Shown one piece after another: positions 10,406 to 20,812 of a DNA stretch of 64,000 bases. Where the stretch lies: contig DATFEP010000040.1 in NCBI GenBank assembly GCA_035250975.1, positions 17,828-81,827 on the forward strand, in the 5' to 3' direction. The stretch comes from Nitrososphaeraceae archaeon. Lineage in GTDB: Archaea > Thermoproteota > Nitrososphaeria > Nitrososphaerales > Nitrososphaeraceae. Numbering within the stretch: position 1 is the stretch's first letter; every line of letters begins with the position of its first letter. The notes below the pieces were generated by a model. It searched no databases, was not told where the DNA came from, and was given only the letters and a program-made list of their open reading frames with translations. The translations under genes were made by a program, and so were the position numbers.

Positions 10406-11344
10406 CTAGAAATGTTTTTTCAAATCTTCCTGCCATGCAATTAAACTGTTAATATCCGAGGTTACATAATCCGGATTGAGGTCTTTAGCGATCGACAAAA
10501 TTTCTCGTTTTACAAATATGATTATCTTGATTTCTTCAGTCAATTTATTTTTTAAAAATTTCGCAGTTGTAAATAGAAATCGAAGAGAAGTTTCTTCTGA
10601 GGAAAAGATAAAAATATTCTTTAATCCTTTTTTACGATCCCATGATTTGGTTATATACCTTTGAATGTCTATATCAAAAAAGGGATCTATATGAAGTTCT
10701 ATATTTCCTACATAATTAGTATGATATCCTATTATTTCAGATGCTATTGAAGCAATTTTAGAATTATATGTTTGATCTTCATTTCCAGCTATGAATATAT
10801 TATATACATTATAATTAGCTGTTTCCCTATGATGATGCTGCGAGAGTAAAATCATCAAGTCAAATAATTGGTTATTTAACGAAATTAATTCTGTTTCTCC
10901 TAATCTTCCTCGATTGTAAATCTCATTCAAAGTATTAAATGAAGGAATAAAAATATCTTTGATTATTCTAATAATATTCCTATCTGAATAAATAGTACTT
11001 AATAATATTTTACCTGTTTCGTTCTTATTATTACCTAATAATGCAGTAATAAAATTTTGTTGTATTTGCAAATAATTTAAAGGAAGTTCTAATTCCATGA
11101 CGCCCGGTTCCAATGTCCAAATATTTACCGAACCAATTTTCTTTCTTTTAATTAATCCTATTACTGCCAAAATGTTAAGATATTTCGTTATGGTCATTCG
11201 ATTTACATGAAGGGAATCAGCTAATTCGACACTAGACATGCCTGCATCATTCTTTTTCAAAGTTTCAATAACTTTATGTTTAATTTCATCAATTGTATAT
11301 CTTCTATACAATAATCTAAGATTATTCATAGAATACAAAAACAT
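10406..11344 (-). CDS. Winged-HTH transcriptional regulator with C-terminal B12-binding-like cap and Rossmann-like domain
   Basis: N-terminal HTH (ELADSLHVNRMTITKYL); helical segment resembling B12-binding_2; no DxHxxG. Confidence 0.6.
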   Translation of the reverse strand: MFLYSMNNLRLLYRRYTIDEIKHKVIETLKKNDAGMSSVELADSLHVNRMTITKYLNILAVIGLIKRKKIGSVNIWTLEPGVMELELPLNYLQIQQNFITALLGNNKNETGKILLSTIYSDRNIIRIIKDIFIPSFNTLNEIYNRGRLGETELISLNNQLFDLMILLSQHHHRETANYNVYNIFIAGNEDQTYNSKIASIASEIIGYHTNYVGNIELHIDPFFDIDIQRYITKSWDRKKGLKNIFIFSSEETSLRFLFTTAKFLKNKLTEEIKIIIFVKREILSIAKDLNPDYVTSDINSLIAWQEDLKKHF

Positions 11345-11464
11345 TTAGCATGTTCACTCAATTTTATCAACAGTACATCATATTCTTTAGTATTTGATTC
11401 TGGTGTTAGATTCTAGTGTCACCAAAAAGTTTAAATTTAATGTAATTATTGGCATCGCCTAACT

Positions 11465-12682
11465 ATGGTTAAAGAAAAATGTGTACTTGCCTATTCTGGT
11501 GGTCTTGATACTTCAGTATGTATAAAGTATTTACAGTTATTGCATGATCTAGATGTAGTTACTGTTACCGTAAACATTGGACAGAATGATGATTTCGAAG
11601 AGATAGCAAATAGATCTAAACAAGTAGGTGCGATAAAACATTATAATATTGATGCTTCCTCAGAATTCACCCAAAATCACATCATTCCATCTATAAAAGC
11701 AAACGGATTGTATGAAAATCGATATCCGTTAGCTACAGCCTTAGCAAGACCCTTAATAGCTAAAAAAGCTGTAGATATAGCATCAAAGGAAAATGCAAAA
11801 TATATTGCACACGGATGTACCGGCAAAGGTAACGATCAAATAAGATTCGATATTACTATTAGATGCTTAAATCCTGATCTAAAAATTATTGCTCCTATTC
11901 GTGATTTGAATCTGACAAGAGATAAAGAAATACAGTTTGCCAACGAACATAAAATACCTGTAAATACTGAGGTAAAGAAATATAGCATTGACGAAAATTT
12001 ATGGGGCAGATCTATTGAAGGTGGCGATCTAGAGGATCTATTAAATGAACCACCAGATGAGTGTTTCAAATATGTCAAGTTTGATAATCCGAAAGCCGGA
12101 TATTTAGAAATTGATTTTGAAGCTGGTATTCCTGTCTGTGTAGAAGGACAAAGAATGAATTTGACAGATTTGATAAAGTACATAAATATCAAGGCAGGGT
12201 CTTATGGGGTAGGCATAATTGACCATTTGGAAGATAGAGTAATAGGTATCAAATCTAGAGAAATTTATGAATGTCCAGCTGCTTGTGTCTTGATCGAATC
12301 ACACCAAGATCTTGAAAAAATGGTTTTAACTTCCCATGAATTACGATTTAAACATTTGGTAGACCAACAATGGAGTTGGATGACCTACTCAGGACTGTGG
12401 CAAGATCCATTGGTAAACGATTTGGATAGGTTTATAGATGCAACGCAAAACAGAGTTACAGGAACAGTAAAGATGAGAATGCAAAACGGTTCTATGAGGG
12501 TTGTAGGAAGAAGATCAGAATTCTCTTTATACAAAAACGAATTGGCAACTTATTCTTCTGGTTCTATTTTTGATCAAACATTAGCGAAGGGTTTTGTTGA
12601 ATTATGGGGATTACAATCGGTTACTGCAAATTCTATAGCAATTAATTTAAATAAAAAAGAGAATAAAGGAGAAGAACAATAG
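11465..12682 (+). CDS. argG: Argininosuccinate synthase
   Basis: LAYSGGLDTS, HGCTGKGNDQIRF, YSIDENLWGRS, KSREIYE. Confidence 0.98.
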   Translation: MVKEKCVLAYSGGLDTSVCIKYLQLLHDLDVVTVTVNIGQNDDFEEIANRSKQVGAIKHYNIDASSEFTQNHIIPSIKANGLYENRYPLATALARPLIAKKAVDIASKENAKYIAHGCTGKGNDQIRFDITIRCLNPDLKIIAPIRDLNLTRDKEIQFANEHKIPVNTEVKKYSIDENLWGRSIEGGDLEDLLNEPPDECFKYVKFDNPKAGYLEIDFEAGIPVCVEGQRMNLTDLIKYINIKAGSYGVGIIDHLEDRVIGIKSREIYECPAACVLIESHQDLEKMVLTSHELRFKHLVDQQWSWMTYSGLWQDPLVNDLDRFIDATQNRVTGTVKMRMQNGSMRVVGRRSEFSLYKNELATYSSGSIFDQTLAKGFVELWGLQSVTANSIAINLNKKENKGEEQ

Positions 12683-12683
12683 A

Positions 12684-12857
12684 ATGAAGAAAGAATGTAG
12701 TGATTGTGGAGGAGAAATAAATATTCCAGACGATGCCGTGGTTGGCGAAATTGTTTCATGTCCTGATTGCGGAGGCGACTTTGAAATATCTTCAAAGTCA
12801 AATGGTAACATTGAATTAAAAAATGCAGAATCCGTAGGAGAAGACTGGGGAGAATAA
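12684..12857 (+). CDS. lysW: Amino-group carrier protein LysW/ArgW, copy 1 (57 aa, not in ORF track)
   Basis: Translated by hand: MKKECSDCGGEINIPDDAVVGEIVSCPDCGGDFEISSKSNGNIELKNAESVGEDWGE; two CxxC and C-terminal EDWGE. Confidence 0.96.
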   Translation: MKKECSDCGGEINIPDDAVVGEIVSCPDCGGDFEISSKSNGNIELKNAESVGEDWGE

Positions 12858-12869
12858 ACTTGAAAAAAA

Positions 12870-13724
12870 ATGGAACTAGCTATTATTTATGATAAACTAC
12901 GATTTGAAGAAAAAGCTCTCTACGATGATGCAGTAAAGAAAGGAGTTAATACTAGATTACTCGATGTAAAATCTGTTTCAATAAGTACTGAATTTAATGA
13001 TAACCAATATTTTGGAGATATTTTTCTACAAAGATGTATCAGTCATTTTAGAGGACTTTATATCACTTCTTGTTTAGAGTTCTTGGGATATCCGGTAATA
13101 AACAAGTATGAAGTAAGCGAAATATGTGGAAATAAATTAAGAACATCCCTAATTTTAGCAAAATCCAATGTAGCTGCTCCAAAAACATATTTTTGCTTTA
13201 ACTCAGATTCATTTAAACTTCTGATCGATAAGCTTGGTTATCCAATCGTCTTAAAGCCAATAGTGGGATCTTGGGGACGTGGTGTTTTTCCGGTAAGAAA
13301 TGAAGAGATTGCAAATATGTTGATAGAAACACGGGAAGAAAACGATTCTCCATTTTCAAGAATATATTATGTTCAAGAAATGATAAAGAGACCGCCACGC
13401 GATATTCGATGTATCGTGGTAGGAGACCAAATCGTAACTGCAATATATCGTTATTCTGCAGATAATGAATGGAGAACAAATGTAGCCAGAGGAGGTCATA
13501 CTGTCCTAGCTCCTTTAACGAATGAGCTTGAGGAGATTGTTCTAAATGCATCTAAAGCAGTTGGCGGGGGAATTCTTGGTGTTGATATAATGGAAGATAA
13601 AACTCGAGGATTTGTAGTTCATGAAATTAATAGCACTGTCGAATTTCGTGGGGCCTCTCAGGTATCGCAATCTAATATTGCAGGTTACATGATTGATTAT
13701 GTTCTTCAGTTTTCAAAAAAATAA
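12870..13724 (+). CDS. argX: LysW-amino acid ligase, ArgX-like (ATP-grasp)
   Basis: GSWGR, RDIR, WRTNVARGG, EINSTVEFRG; ArgX rather than LysX assigned from signature residues and position next to argG. Confidence 0.8.
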   Translation: MELAIIYDKLRFEEKALYDDAVKKGVNTRLLDVKSVSISTEFNDNQYFGDIFLQRCISHFRGLYITSCLEFLGYPVINKYEVSEICGNKLRTSLILAKSNVAAPKTYFCFNSDSFKLLIDKLGYPIVLKPIVGSWGRGVFPVRNEEIANMLIETREENDSPFSRIYYVQEMIKRPPRDIRCIVVGDQIVTAIYRYSADNEWRTNVARGGHTVLAPLTNELEEIVLNASKAVGGGILGVDIMEDKTRGFVVHEINSTVEFRGASQVSQSNIAGYMIDYVLQFSKK

Positions 13725-13830
13725 TTCTTACTAGAAGATATCCTAATTTTAATAATGATAGGGATTATCCTTTTACACATATAATAAAATTCATAAGATA
13801 CAGCAATATTCTGATCTATAGTTTAACATA

Positions 13831-14883
13831 ATGAAGGTAGGAGTCATAGGAGCATCAGGATATGTTGGTGGCGAGTTAATTAGACTACTTGTAAGTCATC
13901 CAAAAGTGGAGCTTAATATGGTGACTTCTCGACAACAAGCCGGAGAATATGTACATAGAGTTCATCCAAGTCTTAAAGGATTCATTGATCTCACTTTTTC
14001 ACCAATGGATATTAAAAAAGTTTTAGACTCATGTGATTTGGTCTTTGTATCAGTTCCACATGGAAGTGCAAATCAAATAGTGAAAGATCTCTACGATAGT
14101 GATGTTAAAATTATAGACCTTTCTGCTGATTTTAGATTAAAAAATCCTAAAGATTATGTAAAGTGGTATGGATGGGAGCATCCATATCCAGAACTTCTTT
14201 CCAAGTCTGTATACGGTGTCCCAGAATTTCATCGCGAGGAGATTAAAGCCGCAAAATTGGTTTCGTGTCCAGGATGTATGGCAGTCACTTCTTTACTGGC
14301 ACTTAAACCCTTAATAGAACATGATCTTATTGACACGAATCATATCGTTGTTGATAGTAAAATTGGATCTTCTGGGGCAGGAGCTCAAGCTAACGCAGGT
14401 ACTCATCATGCCATGAGATACGGAGTGATTCGACCATATAAACCAGCAAAACATAGGCATACTGGTGAAATAATACAAGAATTAAGTCTTATAGCAAAAA
14501 AAGAGATCAAGATTAGTATGAGTCCTCATGCCGTAAATCTTGTTCGAGGAATACTAACTACAAATCATACATTTCTCAACAAGCCCATTGGTGAGTTAGA
14601 GCTTTGGAAAGTTTATCGAGAGTTCTACAGTCATGAACCATTTATACGTCTCATAAAAGATAAGAAAGGACTTTACAAGTTCCCCGATCCGAAATTTTTG
14701 ATAGGTTCAAACTTTTGTGATATCGGATTTGATATAGATGAAGATAATCAACGTGTTGTTGCACTGTCCGCTTCTGATAATTTAATGAAAGGTGCCGCAG
14801 GATCTGCAATCCAAAATATGAATGTCATGTTTGGATTTGATGAAATGGATGGTCTTAAATACACTCCTCTGACTCCAGTATGA
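13831..14883 (+). CDS. lysY: LysW-aminoadipyl/glutamyl-phosphate reductase (ArgC family)
   Basis: GASGYVGGE, DLSADFR, PGC, HRHTGEI, DNLMKGAAG. Confidence 0.95.
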   Translation: MKVGVIGASGYVGGELIRLLVSHPKVELNMVTSRQQAGEYVHRVHPSLKGFIDLTFSPMDIKKVLDSCDLVFVSVPHGSANQIVKDLYDSDVKIIDLSADFRLKNPKDYVKWYGWEHPYPELLSKSVYGVPEFHREEIKAAKLVSCPGCMAVTSLLALKPLIEHDLIDTNHIVVDSKIGSSGAGAQANAGTHHAMRYGVIRPYKPAKHRHTGEIIQELSLIAKKEIKISMSPHAVNLVRGILTTNHTFLNKPIGELELWKVYREFYSHEPFIRLIKDKKGLYKFPDPKFLIGSNFCDIGFDIDEDNQRVVALSASDNLMKGAAGSAIQNMNVMFGFDEMDGLKYTPLTPV

Positions 14884-15680
14884 TAGTTATCAAAATAGGT
14901 GGAAGTATAGTAGATGGATTACATCCTTCTACTATTTCTGACATCAAAACTCTGCTGGAAAAGGAGAAAATTGTTCTTGTACATGGCGGAGGAAAAGAAG
15001 TCACAAATATTGGAAATAAATTAGGTAAGGAACAAAAGTTTATAGTCTCTCCAGGAGGTGTGAGGAGCAGATTTACAGACAAAGAGACTGTAGAGATTTA
15101 TACGATGGTGATGTCTGGTAAAATAAACAAAGCCATTGTCCAAATGTTATTGAATAGCAATATACGTGCAGTAGGTATTTCTGGAATTGATGGTGCAACC
15201 ATAAAAGCAGAAAGAAAGAAAAAATTGGTTATTCTGAATGCAAAGGGTAGGAAGATGGCAATTGATGGAGGATATACTGGAAAAATAAAAAATGTAGATC
15301 CTGCTCTGATAATGATATTGTTGTCAAATGGTTTTGTTCCTATCATTTCTCCGATCGCTTTGAGTGAGGAAACTGAATTTCTAAATGTAGATGGTGATAG
15401 GGCTGCGGCCTATGTTGCGGGCAGTCTGAGTGCAGATAAAGTTATTTTTATTACCAATGTAAATGGTTTAATTTTAGATGATGAGTTGGTGAAAAATATG
15501 AATTATAGCGAAGCTAAGGCATCATTGCCCAAAATTGGTCATGGAATGGAAAAGAAAGTTCTTGCTTGTACCGAAGCTATAGAAATGGGTGTAAAAGAAG
15601 CGATTATTGCATCAGGCAATGTAGAAAATCCTATATCTGCAGCTCTTTCTCATGCAAATTGTACGGTGATTAGCAAATGA
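14880..15680 (+). CDS. lysZ: LysW-aminoadipate/glutamate kinase (ArgB family)
   Basis: KIGGS, VHGGG, LNVDGDRAAA; ATGA overlap with lysY. Confidence 0.95.
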   Translation: MIVIKIGGSIVDGLHPSTISDIKTLLEKEKIVLVHGGGKEVTNIGNKLGKEQKFIVSPGGVRSRFTDKETVEIYTMVMSGKINKAIVQMLLNSNIRAVGISGIDGATIKAERKKKLVILNAKGRKMAIDGGYTGKIKNVDPALIMILLSNGFVPIISPIALSEETEFLNVDGDRAAAYVAGSLSADKVIFITNVNGLILDDELVKNMNYSEAKASLPKIGHGMEKKVLACTEAIEMGVKEAIIASGNVENPISAALSHANCTVISK

Positions 15681-16858
15681 ACGGCGAGGATCTTTATGTA
15701 GGAAACATCTACCAGAGGTTTCCTGTCAATATATCAAAGGGGAAAGGCGCAACAGTCTGGGATACATCTGGCAGAGAATATATTGATTGTATGGGAGGAT
15801 ATGGAGTTGCCTTGGTTGGGCATTGTAATGACAGGGTGGTACAGGCAATTAAGGATCAAATAGAAAATTTAATAACTTGTCACATGTCCATATATAATGA
15901 TACACGATTAAAATTTCTGCAAAAAATGTCAGAAATTTCTCCGAAACAACTTTCAAAGTTTTTCTTTAGTAATAGCGGAGCAGAATCCGTAGAAGCAGCA
16001 ATTAAATTTTCGAGAAAGTATACTGGAAAAAGTGGAATAATTTCTATGAATGGTGGATATCATGGAAAAACTTTCGGGGCTTTATCTGTAACATTCAATG
16101 AGAAATATAGAAAATCGTTTCAGCCCCTACTTGAAGGAGTAAAATTTGTTCCACCTCATACTCCATCAGTGATCGAGGAGGTATTGGATGAAAGTATCGG
16201 AACGGTAATAGTTGAACCAATCCAGGGAGAAACCGGTATAATAGTCCCGGAAGATGGAATTTTACAAGAAATTAGAGAAATCTGTGACCGTAATAATCTA
16301 GTATTAATTTTTGATGAGATCCAAACTGGATTGGGTAGAACAGGAAAAATGTGGGCCGGACAAAATTGGAATACTACTCCTGATATTATGTGTCTCGCCA
16401 AAGGTATTGCTGGTGGATTGCCTATGGGCTTGACTCTTTGTAAACCTGAAATTCTTGATTCCATAAAAATCGGCGAGCATTCATCAACCTTTGCTGGTAA
16501 CCCACTTGCTTGTTCTGCAGGAATAGCTACAATTGATTCTATCGTGGAAGATAAGCTGCTAGAAAATGCTCTTCACATAGGAAGTTTATTTAAAAATGGA
16601 TTATTAGAGCTACAAAAAAAACATAAAATAATTCGGGACGTAAGAGGATTAGGATTGATGCTTGCAGTAGAATTACGCTTTGACGTAAGAGACGTCTTAA
16701 TGGATGGAATAAAAGAAGGAGTTCTTATGTTATATTCAGGCAGAAATATAATTCGGTTACTTCCTCCTTTAGTGTTAGACGAAGTAAAGGTATTAAAAAC
16801 CTTGGAAATCATGGATAAGATATTGACCAAAGAAGAGGTTAGAAGAAATGTTAAATAA
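15677..16858 (+). CDS. lysJ: LysW-semialdehyde aminotransferase (class III)
   Basis: NSGAESVE, EPIQGE, DEIQTGLGRTG, AKGIAGG, STFAGNP. Confidence 0.93.
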   Translation: MNGEDLYVGNIYQRFPVNISKGKGATVWDTSGREYIDCMGGYGVALVGHCNDRVVQAIKDQIENLITCHMSIYNDTRLKFLQKMSEISPKQLSKFFFSNSGAESVEAAIKFSRKYTGKSGIISMNGGYHGKTFGALSVTFNEKYRKSFQPLLEGVKFVPPHTPSVIEEVLDESIGTVIVEPIQGETGIIVPEDGILQEIREICDRNNLVLIFDEIQTGLGRTGKMWAGQNWNTTPDIMCLAKGIAGGLPMGLTLCKPEILDSIKIGEHSSTFAGNPLACSAGIATIDSIVEDKLLENALHIGSLFKNGLLELQKKHKIIRDVRGLGLMLAVELRFDVRDVLMDGIKEGVLMLYSGRNIIRLLPPLVLDEVKVLKTLEIMDKILTKEEVRRNVK

Positions 16859-17273
16859 TATTGATTCTTTTGATGAACAAATTATTCGGATCCTACAAAA
16901 TGATTCACGTAAATCATTTGTAGAAATAGCTACTTCTGTAGGACTTTCAGAATCTGCAGTAAGAAGAAGAGTTAAAAATTTAATAGAGAATCAAATAATA
17001 AAAAAATTTACTATTGAAGTAAATCAAAAGGAAGAGACAAGCGCAATAACTCTAATTTCAGTCGCTTCGACGTCAGATACTTCTACCGTCACCGCTAGAT
17101 TGTTAAATCTGGAGGGAGTCAAAGTAGTATATGAGATAACTGGACAATATGATATTGCGGCAATAATAAGTGCTTCTACTATATCAGAAATCAATTCCTA
17201 CATTGATGATGTAAGAAAAATTGTAGGCGTTTCTGATACCAATACAGTGATTATCCTAAAAACTCTAAAGTAA
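16848..17273 (+). CDS. lysM: Lrp/AsnC regulator LysM
   Basis: HTH LSESAVRRRV, YEITGQYD; inside lys cluster. Confidence 0.85.
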   Translation: MLNNIDSFDEQIIRILQNDSRKSFVEIATSVGLSESAVRRRVKNLIENQIIKKFTIEVNQKEETSAITLISVASTSDTSTVTARLLNLEGVKVVYEITGQYDIAAIISASTISEINSYIDDVRKIVGVSDTNTVIILKTLK

Positions 17274-17388
17274 TTTTGTTTATATACAGAATCTTGGTTT
17301 CATCAACATAGAATGATTTCGTTTTTTTTTAAATAATTTCGTCATAAACATTTATATCATATACGAAAGATGTTTAAGTTGCATTACA

Positions 17389-18597
17389 ATGACACTAAAA
17401 TCGGACGATCCTAACTATTATGCGCATTACTATAATAAAATAGATGAGGGACAAAAAAAAATAAAGGTTCTAGATTCGACTCTAAGAGAAGGAGAACAAC
17501 ATCCTGGAGTATCTTTTACTAGCAAACAGCGGATTCAAATTGCATGGATGTTAGATTCTTTTGGAGTTGACCAAATAGAAATCAGCCCTGTTGTTTCTCA
17601 AGATCATTTTGAAGCAACCAAAATCATAATTAAACAAGGATTAAAAGCAGATATTGTTGCCCATGTTAGGGCAATAAAATCTGATGTGGATACAGCAATT
17701 AAAACTAACGCTGCGTGGGTAGCGACATATATGGGAATTTCTGATATACATTTAAGTGCTAAATTAAAAATTTCTAGAGAAGAAGCAAAAATGAGAGCAA
17801 TAGAAGTAGTCGAATATATAAAATCCCATGGATTAAAATCTCGATTTACAATGGAGGATGCGAGTAGAACTGAACCCTCATTTCTATTAGAAATGTGCAA
17901 AGAAATCAATGGACTGGGCGTTGAAAGAATAAGTATCCCTGATACTGTTGGAATTATGCGACCAAATGGCATGTATAATTTGGTAAAAATGGTTTATGAT
18001 AATATTGATAAATCCAAGAGCTCCCTTGATGTTCATTGTCACAATGATGTTGGATTGGCACTAGCAAATGCATTGGCTGGATGTGAAGCTGGTGCAGATC
18101 AGATTCACACAACAATAGATGGATTTGGGGAAAGAACCGGAATACCTTCTCTCGCTGAAACTTCTATAGCTTTAAATCTCATTTACAAATCTAGCAATAA
18201 TTTTAGGTTACATATGTTGAAAGATTTATCAAAAACAATATCTCAATATACAGGTCTCGAGATTCCAGAATCTACACCGATCGTAGGTGATAGTGCTTAT
18301 AAGCACAAAGCGGGAACACATCTTGCAGCCATTCTTCGAAATCCTTCTGCTTATGAGATAATTGAACCCAAACTTGTGGGAAATAGAAGAAAAATCGTTT
18401 TTGGCGAGCTAGCAGGTAAAAACGGAGCAGCTTACCTTTTATCGTTATTGGGTCTTGAAACAAGCAAACATGAGGCTGAAACTCTTGCCCGTGGATTAAA
18501 GGAACTTAGAATGGGTGACGTTTTAGAATTGTTTCTGGATGAACGTCTAGAAAGAAAAATACTTAATGAAGGATCGCCAAATGTGATAAAGGAGTAA
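17389..18597 (+). CDS. Homocitrate synthase (LeuA family)
   Basis: DSTLREGEQ, PDTVG, HCHND, GERTG, HKAGTH; lysine-cluster context. Confidence 0.85.
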   Translation: MTLKSDDPNYYAHYYNKIDEGQKKIKVLDSTLREGEQHPGVSFTSKQRIQIAWMLDSFGVDQIEISPVVSQDHFEATKIIIKQGLKADIVAHVRAIKSDVDTAIKTNAAWVATYMGISDIHLSAKLKISREEAKMRAIEVVEYIKSHGLKSRFTMEDASRTEPSFLLEMCKEINGLGVERISIPDTVGIMRPNGMYNLVKMVYDNIDKSKSSLDVHCHNDVGLALANALAGCEAGADQIHTTIDGFGERTGIPSLAETSIALNLIYKSSNNFRLHMLKDLSKTISQYTGLEIPESTPIVGDSAYKHKAGTHLAAILRNPSAYEIIEPKLVGNRRKIVFGELAGKNGAAYLLSLLGLETSKHEAETLARGLKELRMGDVLELFLDERLERKILNEGSPNVIKE

Positions 18598-18603
18598 AAG
18601 AAT

Positions 18604-18771
18604 ATGGTCAAATGTAAAGAATGTGATGCAGAAATAAGAATCCCCGATGATTCAATTGAAGGTGAAATAGTTGCCTGTCCAGATTGTGGTTCAAGCTATG
18701 AACTAGTCAAGGGAGCAGATGGATTCAGTATTAAGCCATCTCAAGTAGTTGGCGAGGATTGGGGACAGTGA
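18604..18771 (+). CDS. lysW: Amino-group carrier protein LysW, copy 2 (55 aa, ends EDWGQ; not in ORF track)
   Basis: Translated by hand: MVKCKECDAEIRIPDDSIEGEIVACPDCGSSYELVKGADGFSIKPSQVVGEDWGQ. Confidence 0.93.
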   Translation: MVKCKECDAEIRIPDDSIEGEIVACPDCGSSYELVKGADGFSIKPSQVVGEDWGQ

Positions 18772-19628
18772 CTGAGAGAAAGAACAGAACCTCCCTCACT
18801 CTTCTTTATGATAATATACGCTGGGAAGAAAAAGCTATCTACGAGTCTGCTAGAAAAAGAGGAATTGACATAACGAATGTTGATTGTAAAGATCTAATTT
18901 TGGAACTAGACGGTCCTAGCTATTCTAATAAAATAATTATACAAAGATGTGTTAGTTATTTCAAAAGTCTTCATTCTACTGCTGCACTGGAAGGTTTGGG
19001 AGCTAGTGTTATTAATCCACTTAATACTTCTATTGTTTGTGGTAATAAATTATTTACACATATGAAATTGAAAAACGCTGGAATAAAAACTCCAAAAGTC
19101 ATAACAACTTTTTCATATGAAGCCGCACTTTCTGCTCTTGATATTTTTGGATATCCGACCATAATTAAACCCACAATTGGAAGTTGGGGAAGATTAATTG
19201 CGTTACTAAAAGACAAAGATGCAGCGAAGGCTGTAATTGAAGATAGACAACATATGTTTCCACTTTATCAAATATATTATTTTGAGGAATTTGTTGATAG
19301 ACCGCCTAGGGATATAAGAGCAATAGTAATAGGCGATACAGTAGTGGCTGCTATATATCGTTATTCGGAAAATAGCGAATGGAAAACCAATATGGCTTTA
19401 GGAGGCAGAGCAGAATCATGTCCAATTACAAAAGAGCTCGAAGATATTTGTATAAAATCTACACAAGCAGTAAATGGAAAAATAGTTGGAGTAGATCTTA
19501 TGGAAAGTTCACGAGATGGTTTATTGGTTCACGAAGTTAATAATACAACAGAGTTTAAAAATACTGTCAGAGTTACAGGAATACCAATTCAAGATATGAT
19601 AGTAGATTACTCTTTGCAATACAACTAA
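18768..19628 (+). CDS. lysX: LysW-alpha-aminoadipate ligase (likely GTG start overlapping lysW stop, GTGA)
   Basis: GSWGRL, RDIR, WKTNMALGG, EVNNTTEFKN (LysX-type EFKN). Confidence 0.88.
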   Translation: MTERKNRTSLTLLYDNIRWEEKAIYESARKRGIDITNVDCKDLILELDGPSYSNKIIIQRCVSYFKSLHSTAALEGLGASVINPLNTSIVCGNKLFTHMKLKNAGIKTPKVITTFSYEAALSALDIFGYPTIIKPTIGSWGRLIALLKDKDAAKAVIEDRQHMFPLYQIYYFEEFVDRPPRDIRAIVIGDTVVAAIYRYSENSEWKTNMALGGRAESCPITKELEDICIKSTQAVNGKIVGVDLMESSRDGLLVHEVNNTTEFKNTVRVTGIPIQDMIVDYSLQYN

Positions 19629-19642
19629 TATTATTATTAAAA

Positions 19643-20758
19643 TTGGTCTCACCTAATTATGCTGTGGAACTCTTAAAAAGATCAATAGAGCTCTATACAC
19701 CCTCAAGATCTGAATCTCAATTAGCTAATATGCTTAAGGAAAAATGTATTGATGATCTGGGATTTGAACAGGCTCAGATAGATAGTGTAGGAAATGTTAT
19801 AGCTACAAAGGGAACAGGATACCCTAGGATTCTACTTTGTGGACATATGGATACAGTTCCAAATAAAGTGCCTATCAGAATAGAAGATGGTTTATTGTAT
19901 GGTCGTGGTTCCTCAGATGCTAAAGCTCCTTTAATCGCCATGCTCTTAGCAGCTTCGGAATTTCCTAAACAAAACGGAACAATTATTTTCGCAGGCGTAG
20001 TAGATGAAGAAGGAAGCGCTACTGGTAGCAAACAACTTGTTAAAAATAACATAGAGGTTGATTATGCAATTTTTGGTGAACCGAGTGGCATCGAGAACAT
20101 AACGATATCGTATAAAGGTAGGTTAGCAATTAAACTAATATGCGACGTACTCCAAAGTGCTCATGCAAGTGCCCCTTGGCTAGCAAAAAATTCGATTGAA
20201 GAATCTTATGAGTTTTGGCAGGCCATAAAAAAGGAAATTAACAAAACAAACAATAGTGAAAAAAAAACTAGTTCAATAAGTTGCAGTCTGACGGAAATAA
20301 CTGGAGGGTCGAGTCATAATGTTACTCCTCAAAAATGCAAGCTTACCATGGACATACGAATTCCTACTACAAATACATGCCAACAAGTATTAGACATGAT
20401 CGATAAAGTAATTTCTAATATTTCTAGGCAAAAAGGAATAAAATCCAATTATATAATCGAAGATTTTACAGATCCATTTGAAGCAGATCATTCATCTCCT
20501 TTGGTAAGGTCTCTAGTTCTTGCAATACTGGATGTCTGTAAAAAACGACCGAATTTATTACGAAAAACTGGTACTGGTGACATGAATATTATTGGTAATG
20601 CGCTTAAAATACCAGTAGTTACTTATGGACCGGGAGATCCTCATTCTTCCCATAGTGTAGACGAGCATGTTGATATCCAAGAATATATTACCGGAATAGA
20701 GGTCTTTAAAAGATCGCTTTTTCATATGTCTAGGTTACACAATTATCAAAGAAAATAA
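19643..20758 (+). CDS. lysK: LysW-lysine/ornithine hydrolase (M20 peptidase)
   Basis: GHMDTVP, GRGSSDAK, VDEE, GEPS, GTGDMN, YGPGD, HSVDE. Confidence 0.92.
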   Translation: MVSPNYAVELLKRSIELYTPSRSESQLANMLKEKCIDDLGFEQAQIDSVGNVIATKGTGYPRILLCGHMDTVPNKVPIRIEDGLLYGRGSSDAKAPLIAMLLAASEFPKQNGTIIFAGVVDEEGSATGSKQLVKNNIEVDYAIFGEPSGIENITISYKGRLAIKLICDVLQSAHASAPWLAKNSIEESYEFWQAIKKEINKTNNSEKKTSSISCSLTEITGGSSHNVTPQKCKLTMDIRIPTTNTCQQVLDMIDKVISNISRQKGIKSNYIIEDFTDPFEADHSSPLVRSLVLAILDVCKKRPNLLRKTGTGDMNIIGNALKIPVVTYGPGDPHSSHSVDEHVDIQEYITGIEVFKRSLFHMSRLHNYQRK

Positions 20759-20812
20759 TCCAAACTACGATACCCCAAAGATAATAAGACAATCTTATCT
20801 ATTTTTAATAAC

